DNA of 64,000 nt from the IMG/VR virus record IMGVR_UViG_3300025133_008129. The stretch is one strand, 5' to 3'. Below are positions 38,769 through 49,205 of this stretch, piece by piece. This DNA comes from an uncultured virus (IMG/VR IMGVR_UViG_3300025133_008129). Its lineage: Duplodnaviria > Heunggongvirae > Uroviricota > Caudoviricetes. The first letter of the stretch is position 1. The number at the start of each line of letters is the position of its first letter. The translations under genes and the position numbers were made by a program. The notes under the pieces are model-generated. The model did no database searches, was not told the origin of the DNA, and saw nothing but the letters and a program-made list of their open reading frames with translations.

Positions 38769-41700
38769 AAAGCTTTTTGGATCCACCGACAAAGCAAACA
38801 ATTACCTAAGCGATACAGACCAGAAAGATGCCTTCGCAAGTGTAGAATCCAGCAGAAATTTAAAAGAAATTGAGGAAATCCAGGCTCATCATATACCTCA
38901 TATAGACTATTCAAAGCCAGCTAACTTTGTGAAATACGGCTCGGCAAGGTTATACTATAAAACCGCATTGAAAAGAATTTCCGACTATTATCCTTATGAC
39001 GGTTCTAGTGCTGAGATTAACTCATTCTATAATAAATCTTTAGACATAGAGAAGTATATTCTCAATAATTTATATCCAAGAACAAATGGTTATGCTATAT
39101 TTAGTGCCGATGGCTGGGGCAGTAAGGCTAGCAATTGGTCAGTTCATCGCCAAGACGGCTATGGCATACCAGCAACCCCCGAAGCTATTATAGTTCAAGG
39201 TGGTCCAAATGCTGCGACCGGCGAACTAAAAGATCTGATACCCACATCAAAGAATAATAAGTATCAATATTCTAACGTATATGACGAAGATATCTATCGA
39301 ACTGCTGGTCTTCCAAGTGATTATGGTAAGGGAACTCGCGAATCGAACATGCGCGCCAACTTCGATGATGGTGTCACAGTAGAATTTTGGATGAAGACTG
39401 GTTCCTTTACAGATGGGACCGGCACAGAAACCTTGAAACAAGTAGTGTTCGATTTATGGAATCGTAAAGATCCGAACACCGACACCGGCGTTGAAAAAGA
39501 ATATGGAAGAATCACTGTAGAATTGACCGGCGTTGTACAGAACGACATAGACTACTCGGACCCCAATAGTTATTGGTCGGACTCGCCATTCTTGGTCACA
39601 GTACAATCTGGCTCTGTAACCGGCTCCTACCAACAAACCATTGGTAAAAACATAACAACCAGCTCAATGGGTGAGTGGAACCACTATGCGATAACGCTGT
39701 TTAACTCCGGATCTGGATTCATGGCAGATTTCCACGTCAATGGGCATCTCAGCGAAAGAAAGACATTAAACGCCAGTCAAACATTGAACGAAATTGCCCC
39801 GAAGAATATGGTAGCGCGTATAGGATCACTGCTTACCGCCAGTTGTGGCGGCCTCGAAAATCCCGGACCCATAGCAAGATTTGGTTCCATTGATGGCGGC
39901 AAGCTAAACGGCTCGATAGATGAATTCAGATACTGGAAATCTGCAAGAACTCACGAAGAAATTGGAAAGAATTGGTTTACTCAAGTCGCCGGCGGCGCTA
40001 ATACTGATATATCTAATGCAGAACTTGGAATATATTTCAAATTCAACGAAGGTATTACCGGGGATGCTTCTCTCGACAACACTGTTTTGGATTATGCCGG
40101 TAGAATAAGCAACGGAACGTGGTATGGATATACATCAAATTCAAGAAACACCGGTTCTGCGATTATTGAAGCCGCGGCCTCAACAAAAGAATATGAGGAT
40201 CCCATCATCCGGCCCGAACACCCGGATTATATTGCACTTGAATCAGAGTTATCAATAAGTGGTGAAAACTTTGATATAAACAACAACAACTCAATGTTGA
40301 GCTTGCTTCCCGGGTGGATTATTGAAGAAGAAGAAAATAACAAGGATTCTGACTTACAAAATATATGTCATATTGTTGGTGCTTACTTTGATAAGTTACA
40401 TATGCAAATCTCTGAAATTCCCAAGTTTCATTATGCGACATACCCAAGTGCTTCCCAGAAGCCAGCACCATTCGCAGAACATTTTGCACAGTCTTTCGGA
40501 CTATATACACCCGAATTGTTTATTGATTCAACAGTTCTGGAGAAATTCGCTGATAGGGATGAAGAACAGCTATTCGAAGCGAGCCTACAAGACACAAAAA
40601 ATCTAATTTACACCAATCTCTATAATAATATAGCTAATATCTTTAAAAGCAAGGGTACCGAAAAGGCTATAAAAAACGTGTTTAGGTGCATGGGTATAGA
40701 TGAAAAGCTGATAAAACTAGTAGTTAATTCTAATAATCAAGACATCTCTCTTAGAGACAACTATCAGCAGTCCTTAATTAATAAAAATTGTTTAAACTTC
40801 AACAACAGTTTAAACTCAACAGCGGTTGTATATCAAGCAATTGATTCAAATAATGCAAACAGTTTAGGATACTTAATAAATCCAACAGAGAGTTCAGCGC
40901 CATCCTATGGTTGCACGGTAGAGAGTAACATAGTCCTTCCATACTACACACGCGGTATTGGGGACATGGATAGAAATTACGATACTGTATCTTTGTTCGG
41001 AATGTATACAGTTGATACTACAAGCGCTGATTCTAAAACAGGAGCAGACCCATCCTTCATTGGTGGGAATGATGACGATGCAAACTTTCAAGTCTATGCA
41101 ATTAAAGAATCAAAAGATTCCAGAAATGTATATTTTAAACTTTCATCATCGAATAAACCCATACCGTTTCCAATCGACGTCGATAATGTCCTAACAAGCT
41201 CGCTGTTTCTAAATGCATATGATAATCAAGAATGGAACATTTCTGTAAGGCTTAAGCCCCTCAAATACCCGCTAACAAACTTAGTCTATGGAGCCGCCGG
41301 GACCGGGTATGAAGTAATATTTTCCGGATATCAGACTCAACTCGGGGAAGTTATAAACAGCTTTAGTGTATCATCGTCAGTTTCACAGAACACCGGGTCA
41401 TTGTTTTTGCTCGCCGGCAAAAGAATATATGTTGGAGCCAACAGAGAGAATTTCACTGGCCGCGTTAATCACAAAAGCGATATACTTGTTAATAATATTA
41501 GGTATTGGTCAAAATATTTAGAAGACAGTGATCTCATACAGCACACACATGATATTGAAAACAGGGGCATTTCAGGATCCTATAGGATGCTATCTCCCAT
41601 AGACACGGGAAGTGTCGATATTATTAACTCCGAGACTCTGGCCCTAGAGTGGAACTTCACTGACCTAACCTCAAGCCGCGCAGATGGAACTATAGGGTAC

Positions 41701-44700
41701 ATTAAAGATTATAGCTCTGGTTCAACTGATGTCCGTAATCCACACGGCAACAAAGCCTCCTGGCTATCAAATCTCGCTGGCTACCAACATACGGGATATG
41801 GATATGGGTTTGCAGCAGAATCTACAAATATTGTTGATAAACGAAACTTCAACTCATATAAACTGGTAGATCCGGAGCGCGCCGTTTCATCAGACATGAT
41901 AAACATTTATAATGATGAATACGATTCATTTTACAGAGATGACAACGTACCGAATTATGTATATACGATTGAGAAGAGCTTTTATAATATAGTGTCAGAA
42001 CAAATGATGGAGTTCTTCGCTGGAATTGTCGACTTCAATAGTCTGATTGGCGCACCAGTCAATAGGTATAGAGATAGATACAAAGATATCGAAAAGCTCA
42101 GACAAACATTCTTTAAAAGAGTGAAGAGTGTTTCAGATGTTGAAAAATTTGTAAAATATTATAAATGGTTTGACGACTCAATATCTAGCATAATTTCTCA
42201 ACTTGTCCCAGAATCATCAGTATTCATTAATAACTCTATGAATGTGATAGAGAGTCATGTTTTAGAAAGGAACAAATATAGGTCTAAATTTCCAACGTTA
42301 AATTTTGAAGATCCGGATGTAGAGGCATATATGAAGGGCTTCGCTGAGTTGCGATACCCATGGTATGACGGCTCTTCAACATTACCCTCCTCACCGCGGA
42401 AAACTGATACACACAAGACATATTGGCTTGATAGAGCAGAAAGAGATTCTATAGAGATAACGTCGGGTGATTCCACAATAGATACCCAAAGAAATAAATA
42501 TAAGGACATTATCAACCGCGTCCCACACATGACGGGAGCATATCCCACTTTGTCTGATGCCTCCGGCACCCTTTACTCATCTCACAAATACTCCTTAAAT
42601 AAATTCGCCCGCACAAGTAAATTTAATATGGATGTGCCGGTTGTTAGAAACCTAACTCGACCAATTAAAGGTGGAACTAACTTTGAGCCCGAGAAAGACC
42701 TGAGTTTTGCACCGATAGCACTACATCCAGCCGGCCCAGTAAATAGAGAAAATGGTATTTTTGTTCCTAGAAACGTTTTGCTTGGAATGACTAAAGAGAT
42801 GGTAGAAACTCAAAATATTGTCGATCCTACAAGACCACCGGAATTTATTTCGAAGGAAAAGAGAGTATTTAAGGTTCAACATGGTAGAGATTGGGAAGAT
42901 GGGATAGGATATAAAAATGTTAAATCAAGTATCGGATTTCCTTTTAATGTATTAAGTTCCTCAGTTAAGACTGGCTACAATAAAAGTGTAATAGACAATG
43001 TTACCGGAGGTATTGAGATTACAAACCTTCATAATGATACCTATGGCGATGATAAAGAAGTGCCAATGCAAGGTACATTTACTGAGAGGGTTGTTGGTGG
43101 CCACCAATCTAGACATATAGCAATCAACACCGGTACCGATAATTGGAAATCACGCCCTGAAGCTTGGAAAATTCTACTTGGAACCTGTAAAGCTAACCCA
43201 TCTGGTGCTATTGGAATGGTGGGGCCAGATTATCCATGGCCAGAAGCTAATGAAGAAGGTATGGTGCCATACCCTTTAACATGCTCGCAAAAGGCGGTGT
43301 ATTACAGAGACTTTGTCACCAAACGCCCAGTTAATATTAGAAATATAAATACGATGGATGTCCCGCGTTCAACGACTGTTCCTGGAAATTACGAGAACAA
43401 TTATGAAGTAGTAAATTCCTTCGGCGCCCACGCAAACCCCCGCCGCTTCATAGATAATCAGCCGACCCCGCCAGAAAGAGCATTCAGAAATAATGTGACT
43501 GGCGCCACTCAAATAAGAACATTTTTAGATACTCGTAGGACAGATGAGAGCCATTCGGAATTGATGCCTGAATATTCAACAGAATATTTGCAAATCACAA
43601 GCTCTGAGAATAAAACTGTAATAGCTACTAGATTTTCTAATCCTGGTGGCCCCGAAACAATGACTAGAGGTTACTTGGACTTTAGATCAGCAGAGATGTC
43701 AGTTTATAACGCCTTTAATTATCGAAATCTAAGCATCATAAAACATTCACAAGGTCCAAGTGGAACACTCCCAGAACCCCCGGGTGATGGCCCGACTACA
43801 ACCAGGGTATATGATATACATGCGAAAGACTATGGGCTGAGAAGTCACAGAGCAAGACACACAGCAAGATTCGGCCGTGACTCATTGTTTGTTACTTCAT
43901 CCGATAATCTCCCCGGCGCCCAATATGATCAATTACCGGGCTTTCACAAAATTCACAGAAACAATGTCTCGCGACTGAAGATTGTTGATCAATTAAACGC
44001 GGAGCTTAGCGGTATTTACTTAAATAATACTGCTAGTATATTATGGCCAGATCCATCCCTGAACACTAACGCTGGAAATTGTTTAGTAGTACAAGCAACT
44101 AGTTCAGACGGCCAGAACGCTGCCAATGCCCTCATCTTTGATAACAATCTTGTTGGCGCCGCAAACGAGTTCCCAGTTTGGACGTTCTCGGCATGGGTCA
44201 ATCCATCTGCCTCCAATGCAGCGAGGACAATATGGGACGCCGGTAAAACCAGCGTCGGGAATGGTTCAGCCCACACAATCACGATTGAGGGTGATGAGAC
44301 TCTGAGATATCAAGCTAAAACATCACTTGCCGCCGGCGGAGGTAATGAGAGATTTACATATTGGGAAACCAATACGAATACAATATCAAATGGTTCATGG
44401 AATCATATTGTCGTAAGTGTATCCGGCACCATTGGAGGTCTCTCAAATTCCCTCAAGCCTACCCTGTATATTAACGGGGTTAGTATGTCCTGGGACGGTG
44501 GTACCAGTCCATCATCGACTCCGTACGATTACCTGCCAAACGCGCGTACTGCACATTCGAATTTCCGGAGTCATACTGGTTGGACGCAAACTCCGCCGGT
44601 AATAATCGGAGGCGATTGGAATAGCGCGAACCAAGAAGAATACTATGGTGCGATAGACGAAGTATCAATCTGGAACACTCAACTTACTAACCAAGAAGTC

Positions 44701-47700
44701 ACCCAAGTATATAACTCGGGCGCCCCATGTAATTTAACACATAGCTCATCACCACAATCAGCATCCCTCAAAGCATGGTGGCGATTGGGCGAAGGAGATG
44801 CAACCGTCTCCGGAGATCCTTCCGATAAAATAATGGATTCTAATAACATTATAAGAGATATAGTTGGCTCTGCTTCTTTATGTCCCACCGCGAAATCTGG
44901 CTCGAACATGAATCTATATACAGTTCCAAGTTCTTTGGCCGGCTGTGATGATCGGGTTACAATATATTCAGAAACCGTAACACATGTTTCGTCGTCATTA
45001 TATGACAATGATCATATACAACACCCCATACCCAGGACCGACATACAATATAAATGGATAAGAGATTCAATTTCAGATCCAGATAATACAAGATACTATG
45101 AATTTCAGAAGACAACTAATAGCAGTAGAATGCCATATTTTTCAAATTCTGCGGGATACACGCCTTATTACAACTTTATCACAGAGAGTCAGGCCGCCCA
45201 TAACCAGAGTATATCACCCGGCGGCTGGAAGCAACCAATTTTAAGGCTAAATACATTAATACTTGATCCATTAACAGAAAATTCTAACACTATAGGCTTC
45301 GGCGCCGATACTGATGTTTCAAATTATATAAACACCGAACTTAATCCGGGAATCGGCTCTACCAACTATCTGAACATGTTGTTGGCACATCGTTCAGTGC
45401 CGTACGGCTGGACCTGGCAGAAAACTAGAAATTATAATAATCCGATAATTATTGATGAAAGAAAAAAATCAGCATTATCAGCAATTACAAGTTCTAACAA
45501 AAGGTTACAACACTTTAGAATGTCTGCAGTCTCCACGCGCGGCCGCACAGCACTGATAAATTTTGATGCTCCAATCGGTAAGAAGGGAAACACTGCAATA
45601 GGCGCCAAAAACAACATCACTCTTAAAGTGACTGATAACAATGAAAGGATCATGTTTAACGAGGCAGCCTTTAACAGCTATATAAATAATAATGTTATCA
45701 CTGAGCCCACCCCACTAACACAAATCATTAGGCTTGGAAACAACTCGAAAAATAAGTTCAAACTTAAATGGATCCTATACAGCCAAAACTTGTTCCCATC
45801 CGAAAGAAATGAATATATGTCTGGAACATACAAGAGAAATGGATATGATAATGGATATTGGAGAGTAACAGGAAGCGAAAGAATATCTCTGGGAGCAACA
45901 CAGAGTGGCTCCTTCTCATATAATATATTTTCAAGTTCAATCGGCCGCTCCTCTTGGCCCCTAGATGAGCCGGAAAACTTCTTAACAAGAACTAGGATAC
46001 TGGGCCCAGATCTTGATGGCGGGTTGTCAATGCAGAAAAATGGCAATGCCGGCGAGCTTCAAAACGTACACTTCTCTTACGTGTCATGTTCCTTGGTTGG
46101 GGGAAACCTACAATTATCAAAGGTATCAGAACTGTGGCCGGCCGCTTTGTATGCTAGAAAACACATGTTAGCTGCACCTCGTTCTGTGGTTAGTCCATCT
46201 GGGATTGAAAACAATATTGGAATGCCTGGAAGTGATGGTGTTAATTTCTCTAAGAGATACAGCGTTGAAATTTATGCCGGCGAAGCTGCTTGGGACGCAC
46301 CAAGAAACGCCGGCGTAGTCCGTATGGGATACTCATCCGAAAATAGTAACAAGGGAACTAAAATATCGTCTTATCAAGTCACGTCTTCCGAACCATGGTT
46401 TGCCACATACGACGACTTTAGTTATGAAATGGGTCTGATAGCTAAAGATTATTCCGTGGTGCCAGAATTTAGAATCAGCGAACATATCGAAGATTATATG
46501 AAGCACGGCCCTTTTGACGCTACAAAAAATGATATTTTTGAAGTTCCTGGTGTATCTGGGTCAGCCAATAGTTCTACTGGATCATTCTATAAGGATTACT
46601 CAAATTCCGAGTTTATGAAAGATTTTCTAAGAGTAAAATCTGAATCTTTCCTCGAAGCGAAAGAAATAAGATTAGTTTGTAGTGCAGCAATCAGGCTAAA
46701 TCCATACAAGGGCTTTTATCCAGCCCAACGAACTCTCGACTTGGTTGGGCAATTTTCTAGTTCCTATGCTAACAGTATAACAGCAGTGTGGGAACTCAAC
46801 GGCGCTAAAAAGCCACTCAATGTTGATAGAGCCCTTCAAGCAAGAGGTAGCACAATAAGACCACTAATGCAAGCTCTTTACTCCCCTGGCCTAATGTATA
46901 ATACGATTAAGTCCGGAATAGCGGTTGACTATCCAATTGTAAATGATGAGTCTAAAATCGACCGGTCACAGTATGGGAGACCATCAGCCGGCCCTATGCA
47001 GTCACTTAAACAATCCGATGACAACTATGCTATTTTACCGGCAAATATAAATTCTAATAGTCCAGTTTCTGGATATAATGGCGGCTCATGGTTTGATGTT
47101 AGATTGCCGTTTGAAACGCTTTTGCAGCCAAAAAATCATATTAATGGTCTTAAATTTCTAGATATAGAACCACATCCATCGGCTAGCCTATCGCCAGCAA
47201 ACGTTACGACGTCATTTAATTCTCAAGGTGGAGATGAAATTTATGAGATGATGGCATCAAACTTTTTTGGAGAGGTGCCTAACTTCTTTCTGAAAGATTC
47301 TAGTTTCACCAGGATAGAATCTGGCATTATACCAGACGATCTTAATTTTAAAGACGGCGAAGTTTATGGTGCTAGATTAAAGATAAGGAGATCAACCACG
47401 GGCACAAGAACATACTCATATGATTCTGGATCCACTGGTGACGGTACAAACTTCGCAACTTTTGGAGCAAAAGCATTTTATGATCAAAAATCCGCCGGCG
47501 GCGGAGACACTAATGCCTGGTACCCCGTACCTCAAGATCCACAAAACGCCAGAATGGATCCTATCGCGCCCTTTAGAGAAACTTTTACGATGTACAGCCG
47601 CCCCTCGGCATTCGGCCCACCGATTTCTGGACGTCCCCCGTCTGGTTCAAACGGAGATCGCCCAACGTGGTTTTTAAGTGCCAGCCTATCTGGTACCATG

Positions 47701-49203
47701 GACTGCTTTAATGGGTATAACTGGGCCTACACGCCACCTTATTACCATGGCGAATCATGGGTTGATTTTATCTTCAGGCCCACCCCCGGAACAACATATA
47801 ACTTACAATCTATATTAGCCAATATTAAAACAAGATATTGGAGAGTCGATCCGGGCATGGAATCCGCAGCGGCTAATGCCGGCCAAAACAGATCCCCCGC
47901 CCTAATCTTTGGAGGGAACTACCATTCAGGCGACGACTGGGCTCAGTTCCAGCCAATTTACGCCGGCGCAAACATTAATGATAACGCAATGCAATTAAGT
48001 GCAAGCTTCAATTTGTTCGGCATCGAGCGTGTTGCAAAAGAAACGTCTGATAGATTTGGTAAAAAACTAACAGAAGAAAATACCACTACCGGAATGAAAT
48101 GGGTTATTCAACCAAAATTTGAGACGCCAATGCTTAACTTTAATGATACTGGAGTTAATGCGATTAGCGCTAGCTTAGGAAACAAGAGCATCCCACTATA
48201 TGGATCTGGATCAGTACCAAACGGAATGTGGCACCAATTTGGAAACATTCCAGACAAGCCGAATGTAGGGGTCTTTATGGAAATGGGCGATATCCCTACA
48301 CAATGGTTAAAATATCATTATGATGTTAATAGCACCGGCTCGATTTATAATAATTTTGACGCACCCAATAGTGGTTCTCAGGCTGCTAGACAAGTAAAAT
48401 CTCTTTCTAATTTGCTTGGTTTTGAACAGCGTGCCAATACTCGTCGTCTTGGGGAAATAGCTGAACAAAGAACAATCCGAGAAGCGATTGTTGCCATTCC
48501 ATATGTTATTGAAGAACTAGAAAATTTTGAGCCTCCATTCGGTGATCGCAAAGATCCAGAGTGTGGTTCTCGCGATGTGAGTCAAATGTCACGAAAAAGA
48601 TTAATCTCTATTCCAAAGAAGAGATTTAAAGCTGCACTACAAGAAACTGATGGAACGCTAACCGGCGACTCCCTATCCGCCGCCGGAGCATCGATCAGAA
48701 AATTGATGCAAAAGATGGAAAGGTATATTTTACCTCCGCAGTTTGATTTTATACAGCACTCTAACATTGATCCTTTTGTGATGTATATGTTTGAATTCGA
48801 ATATAAATTTGATAAAGACGATTTATCATATATATGGCAAAATCTCGCTCCACGTAATTATAAGAAGCTGACATTTGAGGCACAGTCTATATCACATGAG
48901 TTGATGGATATGGAACTTCTTAATGAAAATAGTTTGTTCGACAACGAACATATGAGGTGGATGGTATTTAAGGTTAAACAAAAAAGTCAAAGTGGATACT
49001 ATGATCATGTTGCAAACCAAATTGGAGATGTTAATACGTCTAAAAATGGAAATATATCAAAAAATCAGAATACCACAAATTCGTCCTTACAGTATAACTG
49101 GCCGTACGATTACTTATCTTTCGTAGAACTAATTAAGTTTGATGTTGATGTACTGTTTAAGGAGCCAAAAGATAATAATGACAACGGCAAGGGGTCAAAA
49201 TAA
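38758..49203 (+). CDS. giant (3481 aa) virion protein with LamG/ConA-like domains
   Basis: TVEFWMK..WNHYAIT..GSIDEFRYW (about 39370-39940) and WTFSAWVN..WNHIVVS..GAIDEVSIWN (about 44180-44680); I-K-KGT...I baseplate motif. Confidence 0.85.
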   Translation: MSIKKLFGSTDKANNYLSDTDQKDAFASVESSRNLKEIEEIQAHHIPHIDYSKPANFVKYGSARLYYKTALKRISDYYPYDGSSAEINSFYNKSLDIEKYILNNLYPRTNGYAIFSADGWGSKASNWSVHRQDGYGIPATPEAIIVQGGPNAATGELKDLIPTSKNNKYQYSNVYDEDIYRTAGLPSDYGKGTRESNMRANFDDGVTVEFWMKTGSFTDGTGTETLKQVVFDLWNRKDPNTDTGVEKEYGRITVELTGVVQNDIDYSDPNSYWSDSPFLVTVQSGSVTGSYQQTIGKNITTSSMGEWNHYAITLFNSGSGFMADFHVNGHLSERKTLNASQTLNEIAPKNMVARIGSLLTASCGGLENPGPIARFGSIDGGKLNGSIDEFRYWKSARTHEEIGKNWFTQVAGGANTDISNAELGIYFKFNEGITGDASLDNTVLDYAGRISNGTWYGYTSNSRNTGSAIIEAAASTKEYEDPIIRPEHPDYIALESELSISGENFDINNNNSMLSLLPGWIIEEEENNKDSDLQNICHIVGAYFDKLHMQISEIPKFHYATYPSASQKPAPFAEHFAQSFGLYTPELFIDSTVLEKFADRDEEQLFEASLQDTKNLIYTNLYNNIANIFKSKGTEKAIKNVFRCMGIDEKLIKLVVNSNNQDISLRDNYQQSLINKNCLNFNNSLNSTAVVYQAIDSNNANSLGYLINPTESSAPSYGCTVESNIVLPYYTRGIGDMDRNYDTVSLFGMYTVDTTSADSKTGADPSFIGGNDDDANFQVYAIKESKDSRNVYFKLSSSNKPIPFPIDVDNVLTSSLFLNAYDNQEWNISVRLKPLKYPLTNLVYGAAGTGYEVIFSGYQTQLGEVINSFSVSSSVSQNTGSLFLLAGKRIYVGANRENFTGRVNHKSDILVNNIRYWSKYLEDSDLIQHTHDIENRGISGSYRMLSPIDTGSVDIINSETLALEWNFTDLTSSRADGTIGYIKDYSSGSTDVRNPHGNKASWLSNLAGYQHTGYGYGFAAESTNIVDKRNFNSYKLVDPERAVSSDMINIYNDEYDSFYRDDNVPNYVYTIEKSFYNIVSEQMMEFFAGIVDFNSLIGAPVNRYRDRYKDIEKLRQTFFKRVKSVSDVEKFVKYYKWFDDSISSIISQLVPESSVFINNSMNVIESHVLERNKYRSKFPTLNFEDPDVEAYMKGFAELRYPWYDGSSTLPSSPRKTDTHKTYWLDRAERDSIEITSGDSTIDTQRNKYKDIINRVPHMTGAYPTLSDASGTLYSSHKYSLNKFARTSKFNMDVPVVRNLTRPIKGGTNFEPEKDLSFAPIALHPAGPVNRENGIFVPRNVLLGMTKEMVETQNIVDPTRPPEFISKEKRVFKVQHGRDWEDGIGYKNVKSSIGFPFNVLSSSVKTGYNKSVIDNVTGGIEITNLHNDTYGDDKEVPMQGTFTERVVGGHQSRHIAINTGTDNWKSRPEAWKILLGTCKANPSGAIGMVGPDYPWPEANEEGMVPYPLTCSQKAVYYRDFVTKRPVNIRNINTMDVPRSTTVPGNYENNYEVVNSFGAHANPRRFIDNQPTPPERAFRNNVTGATQIRTFLDTRRTDESHSELMPEYSTEYLQITSSENKTVIATRFSNPGGPETMTRGYLDFRSAEMSVYNAFNYRNLSIIKHSQGPSGTLPEPPGDGPTTTRVYDIHAKDYGLRSHRARHTARFGRDSLFVTSSDNLPGAQYDQLPGFHKIHRNNVSRLKIVDQLNAELSGIYLNNTASILWPDPSLNTNAGNCLVVQATSSDGQNAANALIFDNNLVGAANEFPVWTFSAWVNPSASNAARTIWDAGKTSVGNGSAHTITIEGDETLRYQAKTSLAAGGGNERFTYWETNTNTISNGSWNHIVVSVSGTIGGLSNSLKPTLYINGVSMSWDGGTSPSSTPYDYLPNARTAHSNFRSHTGWTQTPPVIIGGDWNSANQEEYYGAIDEVSIWNTQLTNQEVTQVYNSGAPCNLTHSSSPQSASLKAWWRLGEGDATVSGDPSDKIMDSNNIIRDIVGSASLCPTAKSGSNMNLYTVPSSLAGCDDRVTIYSETVTHVSSSLYDNDHIQHPIPRTDIQYKWIRDSISDPDNTRYYEFQKTTNSSRMPYFSNSAGYTPYYNFITESQAAHNQSISPGGWKQPILRLNTLILDPLTENSNTIGFGADTDVSNYINTELNPGIGSTNYLNMLLAHRSVPYGWTWQKTRNYNNPIIIDERKKSALSAITSSNKRLQHFRMSAVSTRGRTALINFDAPIGKKGNTAIGAKNNITLKVTDNNERIMFNEAAFNSYINNNVITEPTPLTQIIRLGNNSKNKFKLKWILYSQNLFPSERNEYMSGTYKRNGYDNGYWRVTGSERISLGATQSGSFSYNIFSSSIGRSSWPLDEPENFLTRTRILGPDLDGGLSMQKNGNAGELQNVHFSYVSCSLVGGNLQLSKVSELWPAALYARKHMLAAPRSVVSPSGIENNIGMPGSDGVNFSKRYSVEIYAGEAAWDAPRNAGVVRMGYSSENSNKGTKISSYQVTSSEPWFATYDDFSYEMGLIAKDYSVVPEFRISEHIEDYMKHGPFDATKNDIFEVPGVSGSANSSTGSFYKDYSNSEFMKDFLRVKSESFLEAKEIRLVCSAAIRLNPYKGFYPAQRTLDLVGQFSSSYANSITAVWELNGAKKPLNVDRALQARGSTIRPLMQALYSPGLMYNTIKSGIAVDYPIVNDESKIDRSQYGRPSAGPMQSLKQSDDNYAILPANINSNSPVSGYNGGSWFDVRLPFETLLQPKNHINGLKFLDIEPHPSASLSPANVTTSFNSQGGDEIYEMMASNFFGEVPNFFLKDSSFTRIESGIIPDDLNFKDGEVYGARLKIRRSTTGTRTYSYDSGSTGDGTNFATFGAKAFYDQKSAGGGDTNAWYPVPQDPQNARMDPIAPFRETFTMYSRPSAFGPPISGRPPSGSNGDRPTWFLSASLSGTMDCFNGYNWAYTPPYYHGESWVDFIFRPTPGTTYNLQSILANIKTRYWRVDPGMESAAANAGQNRSPALIFGGNYHSGDDWAQFQPIYAGANINDNAMQLSASFNLFGIERVAKETSDRFGKKLTEENTTTGMKWVIQPKFETPMLNFNDTGVNAISASLGNKSIPLYGSGSVPNGMWHQFGNIPDKPNVGVFMEMGDIPTQWLKYHYDVNSTGSIYNNFDAPNSGSQAARQVKSLSNLLGFEQRANTRRLGEIAEQRTIREAIVAIPYVIEELENFEPPFGDRKDPECGSRDVSQMSRKRLISIPKKRFKAALQETDGTLTGDSLSAAGASIRKLMQKMERYILPPQFDFIQHSNIDPFVMYMFEFEYKFDKDDLSYIWQNLAPRNYKKLTFEAQSISHELMDMELLNENSLFDNEHMRWMVFKVKQKSQSGYYDHVANQIGDVNTSKNGNISKNQNTTNSSLQYNWPYDYLSFVELIKFDVDVLFKEPKDNNDNGKGSK

Positions 49204-49205
49204 CA

